From Bdellovibrionales bacterium (GTDB lineage Bacteria > Bdellovibrionota > Bdellovibrionia > Bdellovibrionales > CAYMLA01), in the NCBI GenBank assembly GCA_965217115.1, contig OZ244239.1:896001-960000 (forward strand): DNA of 64,000 nt, given 5' to 3'. The translations under genes were made by a program, and so were the position numbers. The notes below the pieces were generated by a model. It did not search any database. It worked only from the letters and a program-made list of their open reading frames with translations, and was not told the origin of the DNA. This document shows, one piece after another, positions 17,915-25,194 of the stretch (the first letter of the stretch is position 1; every line of letters begins with the position of its first letter).

Positions 17915-18779
17915 ATTCAAGTGAACGTAGACATTTGGCAACTTTTTTCATTTCTGAGCTTTCTGTAGATGATTTTGACTTAACAATATAAACATCTCTT
18001 TTGATGGGCTTAAAGCCACTTGGGAAATTTTTCTGATATAGCTTATAATCATCTTTAACAATTTGATTGTGAATTTTGGCAATAAAATTTGGAAGATAAA
18101 TAACACATAATCCACTCCTTGAAAGTTCTATTGCACTTTCGAGAGTATCAACTCTATGTTGAATTAAGCGTGGAAACTCATGCTCCGGCCAACCATCAAG
18201 CCCTTTGACACCTGACGGAGCCCCTTTTATTGGTTGTATGGGAGCTACAAAAGGTATTTCCTGAAAATTTAAATTATTAAAAGAACCTTTTGTTCCGTAA
18301 ATTGACATTTGAACTTTTGAAATTTTTAAAAAATCTACCCCAGGAGTTGGGATAGGCTCATATGTTATTCCAAAATCTACTATCTTTTTTGCAACAAATT
18401 CTTCTAATTCTCCCTGTCTGGTTTCATAGAGATCTAATTTATAAGTTTCCAACAATGGCTTCAACTTCTTTAAAAAATACGTGCTAAAGACCTCAAATGT
18501 TGCTATTTTAATATTACTTGATTCAGCTTTTTTATTTATTACACTTAAATCTTCTATTTGATTGATGATGTTCTTAGCTCTCTTATAAATAACTACTGCT
18601 TCATTGGAGGGCACTATACCTCGGCCTTCGGGTAAAAATAGTTCAAAACCCAGTTCTTCTTCTAATACTTTCAGTGACTTAGACAGCGCACCATGGCTCA
18701 TTCCTATTAGATCAGCGGCACTTCTTAACCCACCAGTTTCAACAACCGTACAAAATTGCTTAAGCCTATTGGTCTCCAT
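17913..18779 (-). CDS. LysR family transcriptional regulator
   Basis: METNRLKQFCTVVETGGLRSAADLIGMSHGALSKSLKVLEEELG helix-turn-helix; start corrected to ATG 18779. Confidence 0.93.
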   Translation of the reverse strand: METNRLKQFCTVVETGGLRSAADLIGMSHGALSKSLKVLEEELGFELFLPEGRGIVPSNEAVVIYKRAKNIINQIEDLSVINKKAESSNIKIATFEVFSTYFLKKLKPLLETYKLDLYETRQGELEEFVAKKIVDFGITYEPIPTPGVDFLKISKVQMSIYGTKGSFNNLNFQEIPFVAPIQPIKGAPSGVKGLDGWPEHEFPRLIQHRVDTLESAIELSRSGLCVIYLPNFIAKIHNQIVKDDYKLYQKNFPSGFKPIKRDVYIVKSKSSTESSEMKKVAKCLRSLE

Positions 18780-18883
18780 ATAGAAACAGATATATAAAAT
18801 AATTCGATATACGGCAACAATAAAAATGAATATATTCCGACCTTCTTGAGAAATCAATAAAGGTCTAAAACCGAGGAGGAGAT

Positions 18884-19249
18884 ATGAAAACAATAATTTT
18901 ATTATGTTTATTGATAGGGTCACAGCATATTTTTGCTGCCAGTTGTGACATTGAAAAAGGGCACTACTTAATATTAAAGGTTGATCAACTAAAGGTAAAA
19001 GTAGATTCTTGTGACCCAACTCCAGGGTGGGGCCAGGGAAGAGCTCATTTTGCTACATTTGATAAAAATGATTTAGCTCGAGCAAAGCGAGAACTACTTA
19101 CCAAGCATCACCCCCTGATACCTGACCGTTGTCAATTACTAGGAACAGGTGATATTGAAATTATAAGTAATCGTAGTCTTTGTAGCTTCTCAGGGGTAGA
19201 CGAAGCAACAGCAAATTTCACCGTAAGATATAAGTGTCACTTATTCTGA
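18884..19249 (+). CDS. Small secreted Cys-containing hypothetical protein, divergent from lysR
   Basis: RBS GAGGAG; MKTIILLCLLIGSQHIFA signal peptide. Confidence 0.8.
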   Translation: MKTIILLCLLIGSQHIFAASCDIEKGHYLILKVDQLKVKVDSCDPTPGWGQGRAHFATFDKNDLARAKRELLTKHHPLIPDRCQLLGTGDIEIISNRSLCSFSGVDEATANFTVRYKCHLF

Positions 19250-19330
19250 TTTAATGTAACTGTTCCTTTAATTCTGTGCAGAGGACGGTATGCTAATAAA
19301 TGTATTTAATAGAGTTAAGGGAAGTGAGAC

Positions 19331-19840
19331 ATGTTATCAAATTTTAAGTTAATTGAATTTTCATCAATAATGTTACTTATTCTAGGTAGTCTCTCTTTTG
19401 CAGGAGTTAAAAACGAAGAGGTTATCTATAAAAAATTGATTCTCAAAGCCAGTAAAGAACAGATTTGGTCTACATTGACTGATCAAAATGAACTGGGCAA
19501 ATGGTGGAATAAAGGAGTCAGACTTGAACCATATGTCGGTGGACAATTCTATGAACCTTGGGGAGAGGGGCAATTAGCCACTGGGAAAGTAGTAGATTTA
19601 AAATTTCAAAAGTTTATAAAGTTTACTTGGAAAGAGAAGTATTGGAATTCTTCTGAAAGTACAGTTTGTACATTTTTTCTAGAGAAAGTAGAAAAAGGGA
19701 CGGTCTTAAAAATTCATCATTCTGGCTGGGAGTCTATTAAAGAATTAAGTAAAAGAAAAAAACTAATTGAAGGATTTCAGAAGGGCTGGGACCTTCTTTT
19801 ACCAAAATTGAAGAAATATGTTGAATCGGAAAAGCCCTAG
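19331..19840 (+). CDS. SRPBCC/AHSA1-like domain protein with signal peptide
   Basis: ASKEQIWSTLTD...KWW, GTVLKIHHSGW, GWDLLLPKLKKYVE. Confidence 0.88.
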   Translation: MLSNFKLIEFSSIMLLILGSLSFAGVKNEEVIYKKLILKASKEQIWSTLTDQNELGKWWNKGVRLEPYVGGQFYEPWGEGQLATGKVVDLKFQKFIKFTWKEKYWNSSESTVCTFFLEKVEKGTVLKIHHSGWESIKELSKRKKLIEGFQKGWDLLLPKLKKYVESEKP

Positions 19841-19905
19841 GTAAATAATCAGGCTCTAGCCGACAAGGCTAAGATTTGACGACGTACAAAATAAATTATT
19901 CCATT
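19831..19905 (+). repeat. 75-bp direct repeat, copy B
   Basis: Matches 17840-17914 with one substitution. Confidence 0.97.
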
Positions 19906-19917
19906 GGATTATCAGAT

Positions 19918-20508
19918 ATGAATACTAAAAAAGAAAGTTGGAATGATTATTACAAAAAAATAAGCAGAAAACCTCCTAGCCTATTACTTAAGGTGGCCTT
20001 AAATGAGGTTAAGCAGATTGGTATTGCTTATGACTTAGGGGCTGGAGCAGGAGTTGACTCAAAATTTCTAGCCAAACAAGGTTGGAATGTTTTTGCTGTA
20101 GATAAAGAACCGTCATCTATTAATTTTATTAGGAAAATCAAAACAGTGAGAGGTGATATTAAACCTGTTTTATCTAACTTTGAAGAATTAACTCTTCAAA
20201 AAGCCCATCTTATATTTGCATCATTTTCTTTACCGTTTTGTAGCCCGTGTAAATTTCCATTTTTATGGAACAAAATACAATCATCACTGGTCGGCGGGGG
20301 CATATTGGCTGGAACATTGCTTGGAAATAACGATAGTTGGGTCAAAGATTCTAACGGAGGAATGACATTTCAAACAAATAAACAGATTCTCGATTTATTT
20401 GAAGATTATGAAATTTTATATTTCGATGAACAGGAAGAGGATCGTCCAACGGCTCTAGGAAAGCAAAAGCACTGGCATGTATACAGTTTTGTAGTCCGAA
20501 AACACTAG
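19918..20508 (+). CDS. Class I SAM-dependent methyltransferase (TehB-like)
   Basis: AYDLGAGAGVDS SAM motif, WNVFAVD; ATG 19918 preferred because the track's TTG start lies inside the repeat. Confidence 0.88.
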   Translation: MNTKKESWNDYYKKISRKPPSLLLKVALNEVKQIGIAYDLGAGAGVDSKFLAKQGWNVFAVDKEPSSINFIRKIKTVRGDIKPVLSNFEELTLQKAHLIFASFSLPFCSPCKFPFLWNKIQSSLVGGGILAGTLLGNNDSWVKDSNGGMTFQTNKQILDLFEDYEILYFDEQEEDRPTALGKQKHWHVYSFVVRKH

Positions 20509-20618
20509 GTTCTGAGGCGAATTAAAAATCACAAAGCTCAGGCTTTTAAGATGCCTCCCGTAAAGAAGATGAAAGCCCCTTTGAACCAACCTTATCTACC
20601 AAAAGTTAAGTCCTCTCT
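20504..20618 (+). repeat. Tail module (CTAGGTTCTGAGG...) plus right half of the palindrome plus rfaE1-end copy
   Basis: Nearly identical to 23449-23559. Confidence 0.95.
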
Positions 20619-20681
20619 TTAACCCCCGCTGTTCCCCCCGTTGTTCCCAATCCCCGCTGTTCCCAGTCCACGCAAGTTTTC

Positions 20682-20800
20682 AAATAAATAGTTCAAAGGG
20701 TCTTTTATCTTCAAGCGAGTTCGGATTGGTGCGCCGCTCGCAAAGCGAGCTGCGCTGCCGAACGAATGTCTGAGCTTGAAGATGAAAGCCCCTTTGAACC
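20682..20800. repeat. Nested palindromic element, copy 2
   Basis: Same core as copy 1 with a few substitutions; shortened right arm followed by an rfaE1-end copy. Confidence 0.96.
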
Positions 20801-20858
20801 ACGCCTTATTTGCCAAAAGTTAAGTTCTCTATTTAGTCCCCAACCTCTCAGCCAAAGC

Positions 20859-20950
20859 CTCTTTTTAAAACTCTAAATTGACAATCTACGCAAGGGGTTA
20901 GACACCTCAAAAACTCTCAGGCATCGATAAATTGATGTCTAAGCTATTTT
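20859..20950 (+). repeat. Leader module, copy 1
   Basis: ctctttttaaaactctaaattgacaatct...gtctaagctatttt aligns with 21809-21901. Confidence 0.85.
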
Positions 20951-21060
20951 CTCCATGGCATAGAATATGCTGTCTAAAGTCTTGAAATTAATGGTATCAG
21001 TCTGATTTAGGAGAATTAAATGAAAAAATTATTATTTTTAACAACTATTATTTTGAGGGT

Positions 21061-21339
21061 ATGCCTGTGAGATTAGTAAGAACTATCACTATCGCTTTAA
21101 GTATTTTTTTGAGCTTTGCTGTGTTAGCAAGCGACTATGAGTGTTCAGGATTATTTATGAAGTGCTCTGAAGGAGAAGAAATACATCACCTTACTAGATT
21201 GTCAGAATCTGAATGTAGTGGATCATATGAGGGATGTAGGCAGTACTTAAAAAACGAATTAAAGAACTTACGGAAAGTAAAAAAAACTGAAGTGTTTTGC
21301 TATTTCGATGAATACCGTAACGAAGCTATCTGTTTATAA
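21061..21339 (+). CDS. Small secreted protein with six Cys (true start may be GTG 21067)
   Basis: Hydrophobic leader ending VLA; GAGGG upstream of the GTG. Confidence 0.7.
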   Translation: MPVRLVRTITIALSIFLSFAVLASDYECSGLFMKCSEGEEIHHLTRLSESECSGSYEGCRQYLKNELKNLRKVKKTEVFCYFDEYRNEAICL

Positions 21340-21483
21340 CTAGATTAGTAAAGATGGTTTAAGATGTAAAATACACTCAGCAGGAATACTCTCTGCAAAG
21401 ATAAGAGTTCTTTGCAGCAGCTTGAACAAAGAAATTTCTTTTTCACCTAAGGTTTCTTCTAAAACATGATCCAAAATATACGA

Positions 21484-21600
21484 GCCAAACGAATGCCTGA
21501 GCTTAAAGATGAAAGCCCCTTTGAACCAACCTTATCTACCAAAAGTTAAGTTCTCTATTTAGTCCTTAAGATCCCACCAAACAAGGCACACACCCCGCCC
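21484..21600 (+). repeat. Right half of the palindrome plus the longest (~70 bp) degenerate copy of the rfaE1 3' end
   Basis: ccttatctaccaaaagttaagttctctatttagtccttaag...aacaaggcacacacccc aligns with 23967-24035. Confidence 0.92.
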
Positions 21601-21635
21601 CTTGCCCCCGCTGTTCCCAGTCCCCGCAAGTTTTC

Positions 21636-21755
21636 AAATAAATGGTTCAAAGGGTCTTTTATCTTCAAGCGAGTTCGGATTGGTGCGCCGCTCGCAAAGC
21701 GAGCCGCGCTGCCGAACGAATGTCTGAGCTTGAAGATGGAAGACCCTTTGAACCA
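21636..21755. repeat. Nested palindromic element, copy 3
   Basis: Core identical to copy 1. Confidence 0.96.
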
Positions 21756-21808
21756 GCCTTACCTACCAAAAGTTAAGTCCTCTCTTTAGTCTGCTGCCCC
21801 AGAAAAAA

Positions 21809-21901
21809 CTCTTTTTAAAACTCTAAACTGACAATCTGTGCAAGGGATTAGACACCTCAGAAAAGCTCAGTTACCGATAGATTTATGTCTGAGCTGTTTT
21901 T
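21809..21901 (+). repeat. Leader module, copy 2
   Basis: Aligns with 20859-20950 with scattered substitutions. Confidence 0.85.
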
Positions 21902-21955
21902 TCGATGAGCGGTAAATAATTGATCCCCAGCCAACAGGACTAGAATATCATAGCG

Positions 21956-21979
21956 AGGCCACTGGAAAGTGGTCTTTTT
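21956..21979 (+). terminator. Candidate intrinsic terminator with GNRA loop
   Basis: aggccact-GGAA-agtggtct followed by a T run. Confidence 0.5.
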
Positions 21980-22156
21980 CCTTTGGGGCCGGAAAACGTC
22001 ACTTCTAAAAGCAATCCCCGAAAAAATTGAAAAATTTACATCACTCGATGATTTTCCCCTTAAAAGTGCACGAATCAGTTATAATAATTCAAACAATATC
22101 AATCAAATTTAAGAGAATTTGTCCCCCAAGGAAATAGAACGATATCAAGAGGAGAA

Positions 22157-22567
22157 ATGATGAAAAAAATATTAATTGGTTTAACTCTTTTAATGTCCGT
22201 TACAGTTTTTGCTGAGAAAAGGATTATCACCTGCTCAAATACGGCTATCACAGTTCATTCGGAGAATATTATCGGAGGGGAATTCACTGTGACGCCTTCT
22301 AAAGGAATTCAGCATAAACTAACTATCAAATTGGAAGGAGGAGCAGATTCAATTTTTTGGGCTACTTCAGACACTTCTCAAGAACAACTTTTTGCTGGAG
22401 GCATCATGCATAATGCCAGTAGCTTAACCATGTTTCCTGGCGGTAATAAAGCAATGTTGTCCTTCGAAGGCGATATTTATCCTTTGGTGTGTGATAAAAA
22501 ATGGAGTACTGAGTTGAGTAAATGGCTTGAAGAATGGCACCAAAGGGAGAAAAGGTGGTCTTGGTAG
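22157..22567 (+). CDS. Secreted hypothetical protein
   Basis: RBS GAGGAG; MKKILIGLTLLMSVTVFA signal peptide; two Cys. Confidence 0.82.
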   Translation: MMKKILIGLTLLMSVTVFAEKRIITCSNTAITVHSENIIGGEFTVTPSKGIQHKLTIKLEGGADSIFWATSDTSQEQLFAGGIMHNASSLTMFPGGNKAMLSFEGDIYPLVCDKKWSTELSKWLEEWHQREKRWSW

Positions 22568-22597
22568 TAAACTCATTAACTAGACAGATTTTTTTTC

Positions 22598-22636
22598 ACT
22601 AGGTTCTGAGGCTAATTAAAAATCACAAAACTCAGG
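22598..22636 (+). repeat. Partial tail module
   Basis: actaggttctgaggctaattaaaaatcacaaaactcagg; two differences from the copies at 20504 and 23449. Confidence 0.92.
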
Positions 22637-22690
22637 AACTCTAAACGAATCGAACAAATAAACCATTAGTTTATCGAGGATAGAAAGACT

Positions 22691-23449
22691 TTGAGATTAC
22701 TTTTAATATTGTTTTTTTCTGCATTTATATTTAGTGATACCTCTTGGGCTTCTTCTTCATGTGCAGACTTTCTCGGGAGTTCATTCAGAAGTGAAAGTCG
22801 TGTTATTACGACCGATACAATAGTTAAAAAAAGTGATGCTCCCATCTTAATGAAAGATATTTTAGGTTTTGTATATTACACTAAATTAAATTGGAAAAAT
22901 TTTATATCTAAACATCGAAGAAAGGTTCGTTTATATGATACTGATTGGAGCAGAGAGAATTTCCTTAAGGAACAATTACTCTTACCTAAAGACTTAAAGC
23001 CTGATGAGCGAAAGATTATCTTAAAAATAAAGAGAGAGACATCACCGGAATCAAAACATTATAAAAAGGCGCAAGAATTAGAAGGGACTCCAGATATTAT
23101 TGGAGTTGAGTCTGCTATTTTGAAAATTAAACTTAAAAGCAACGACATTTATTATGCTGAACACACTTCAAATAGAGAGACATCAATAAAAGTTCAAGAT
23201 ATTCTTTCAGCATTATCTGGAATAGGAAGAAAAAAGAATTTCTCGCCAAATGATATTGCAGAATTACACTTTTTCCATAATCATCCAGGAATAACTCAAC
23301 CTATCTCAAAGCCTGATGTGGGAGTTGCCAAGAAATTTGTAAAAATTTTTGGTGATAATAATCCCGATTTTAAATTTCACATGTATGCAATTAGTTTTGA
23401 AAATAGTCTTCGTCCAACACTTATCTTTCATGCTGGGTTTCAGAATTGA
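22691..23449 (+). CDS. Secreted protein with a C-terminal JAB/MPN (JAMM-like) motif
   Basis: Signal peptide ending SWA; upstream Glu (GVESAIL) and HFFHNHPGITQPISKPD. Confidence 0.7.
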   Translation: MRLLLILFFSAFIFSDTSWASSSCADFLGSSFRSESRVITTDTIVKKSDAPILMKDILGFVYYTKLNWKNFISKHRRKVRLYDTDWSRENFLKEQLLLPKDLKPDERKIILKIKRETSPESKHYKKAQELEGTPDIIGVESAILKIKLKSNDIYYAEHTSNRETSIKVQDILSALSGIGRKKNFSPNDIAELHFFHNHPGITQPISKPDVGVAKKFVKIFGDNNPDFKFHMYAISFENSLRPTLIFHAGFQN

Positions 23450-23559
23450 CTAGGTTCTGAGGCGAATTAAAAATCACAAAGCTCAGGCTTTTAAGATGCC
23501 TCCCGCAAAGAAGATGAAAGCCCCCTTTGAACCAACCTTATCTACCAAAAGTTAAGTCC
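23449..23559 (+). repeat. Tail module plus half palindrome plus rfaE1-end copy
   Basis: Near-identical to 20504-20613. Confidence 0.95.
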
Positions 23560-23630
23560 GTTGTTCCCCCGCTGTTCCCCATTGTCCCCCCCCCTGTTCC
23601 CCCCGCTGTTCCCAGTCCCCGCAAGTTTTC

Positions 23631-23750
23631 AAATAAATGGTTCAAAGGGTCTTTTATCTTCAAGCGAGTTCGGATTGGTGCGCCGCTCGCAAAGCGAGCC
23701 GCGCTGCCGAACGAATGTCTGAGCTTGAAGATGGAAGACCCTTTGAACCA
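23631..23750. repeat. Nested palindromic element, copy 4
   Basis: Core identical to copy 3. Confidence 0.96.
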
Positions 23751-23844
23751 GCCTTATCTACCAAAAGTTAAGTCCTCTATATAGGCCTTAAGCCCCCCAC
23801 CGAACACCCCATACCTTCGCTGTTCCCAGTCCACGCAAGTTTTC

Positions 23845-23965
23845 AAATAAAATGGTTCAAAGGGTCTTTCATCTTCAAGCGAGTTCGGATTGGTGCGCCG
23901 CTCGCAAAGCGAGCTGCGCTGCCGAACGAATGTCTGAGCTTGAAGATGGAAGACCCTTTGAACCA
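23845..23965. repeat. Nested palindromic element, copy 5, 3 nt downstream of the rfaE1 stop
   Basis: Same element; on the minus strand it is followed by a T-rich stretch, so it may also terminate rfaE1 transcription. Confidence 0.96.
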
Positions 23966-23968
23966 GCC

Positions 23969-25009
23969 TTATCTGCCAGAAGTTAAGTTCTCTATGTAGG
24001 CCTTAAGCCCCCCCCCCGAACAAGGTACACACCCCACCTTACCCACAACAAACCCCGCTGCAAAATTAGACAAAACACAGGAATCTAATAGTGACAATTG
24101 AGCTGCCTTTGCTAACGCTAAAGTTGCTACCACAGTATCCCCCGCCCCCGTCACATCAAAAACCTGACGGGCATAGGTGGGAACAATGTTCACTTGTTCT
24201 GCGCTGTAAAGAACCATTCCTTCACTTCCCCGAGTTAAAACCAATTCATCGGCGCCTATTTTATCACGAATTCTCTGTCCTAAATTTAAAATAGCCTGCT
24301 CATCTTGCCAACAACGATCAAAAGATTCTCCCAAAAGAGTTAAACTCTCCTCAAAATTGGGCTTAAATAGATTCGCCCCGCGATAAAAATCCAGGGGAGT
24401 CTCTCGATGGGGGTCAATTAAAACTTGCTTAGAAGATGACTTGGCAATGAGCAAAATTTCTTGAATCAAAGTCTCATTCAACAGTCCTTTGGCGTAATCC
24501 TGTAAAACAACCGCTTGGCACTGATCAATATTATCCTTGATCACTTGCAATATCTTCCTATGAACACTCTCACTGATATCCTGACGACGCTCATAATCAA
24601 CGCGCACAATGTGATTATGACCTGTCATAACTCGAGCTTTACGTGTCGTTGGACGGCAGGAGTCTTCCACAAGATATTGACCTTCAATTCCCTCTCTCTC
24701 TAAAATATCACGTAACTTATCAGCTCCTTGGTCCTTTCCAATCACTGAAACAAGAATAGGATAACCCCCCAAACCGACAATATTATGAGCTACATTGGCC
24801 GCCATCCCCAGACGAGTATCTTCTTTTTTAACCTCTAGAACTGGCACTGGAGCTTCTGGGCTAATTCTGCGCACATCACCAGTGATATATTCATCCAACC
24901 CACAATCACCTACCACTAAGATTCTCTTATCTGACAGAGTTTCAACTTGTTGTAAGAGCTTCGGTAAAAGTTCTTTACCTGGAATAGAGCTTTGAAAGGG
25001 CTTTAACAT
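23969..25009 (-). CDS. rfaE1: D-glycero-beta-D-manno-heptose-7-phosphate kinase (RfaE domain I / HldA)
   Basis: RISPEAPVPV, QDYAKG, DVTGAGDT PfkB motif. Confidence 0.93.
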   Translation of the reverse strand: MLKPFQSSIPGKELLPKLLQQVETLSDKRILVVGDCGLDEYITGDVRRISPEAPVPVLEVKKEDTRLGMAANVAHNIVGLGGYPILVSVIGKDQGADKLRDILEREGIEGQYLVEDSCRPTTRKARVMTGHNHIVRVDYERRQDISESVHRKILQVIKDNIDQCQAVVLQDYAKGLLNETLIQEILLIAKSSSKQVLIDPHRETPLDFYRGANLFKPNFEESLTLLGESFDRCWQDEQAILNLGQRIRDKIGADELVLTRGSEGMVLYSAEQVNIVPTYARQVFDVTGAGDTVVATLALAKAAQLSLLDSCVLSNFAAGFVVGKVGCVPCSGGGLKAYIENLTSGR

Positions 25010-25194
25010 CTTATTTGTGTCTCCTTAATTTAAAAACAAACACACTCTCTCACCTTATCAATAAAATGACAGCAACAGTAACAATTTTCCTCTTTTTTAC
25101 AAGAAAACCTCTCGACGAAGAAGAAAAATAACAATATCCTTTTGAGTGTTTAATAAAGGTTTTTAAATAGATTCTTCCTTGGAGGAGCTCATTC

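Noticed and set aside
18780..19019. 80-aa N-terminal extension of LysR in the ORF track
   Set aside because: Overlaps the divergent gene at 18884; the helix-turn-helix begins at Met 18779
20900..20925. Glycine riboswitch (aaaactctcaggc resembles its 3' motif)
   Set aside because: Lacks the GGAGA and CCGAAG elements, the motif is altered in the second leader copy, and it is far from gcvP
17655..23784. ORFs 17655-17849, 20619-20816 and 23527-23784
   Set aside because: They lie largely or wholly in the GC-rich repeat scaffold, use different frames or strands in different copies, and have no clear RBS
20605..23990. Canonical integron attC sites (GTTAAGT fits GTTRRRY)
   Set aside because: No matching RYYYAAC at the opposite end of a stem; the motif lies outside the palindrome and is rfaE1 coding sequence; no IntI in the window
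17590..24040. CRISPR array (ctgttccccgc resembles the start of type I-E repeats)
   Set aside because: Repeats are >100 nt, spacing is irregular with whole genes between copies, there are no uniform unique spacers, and no cas genes are present
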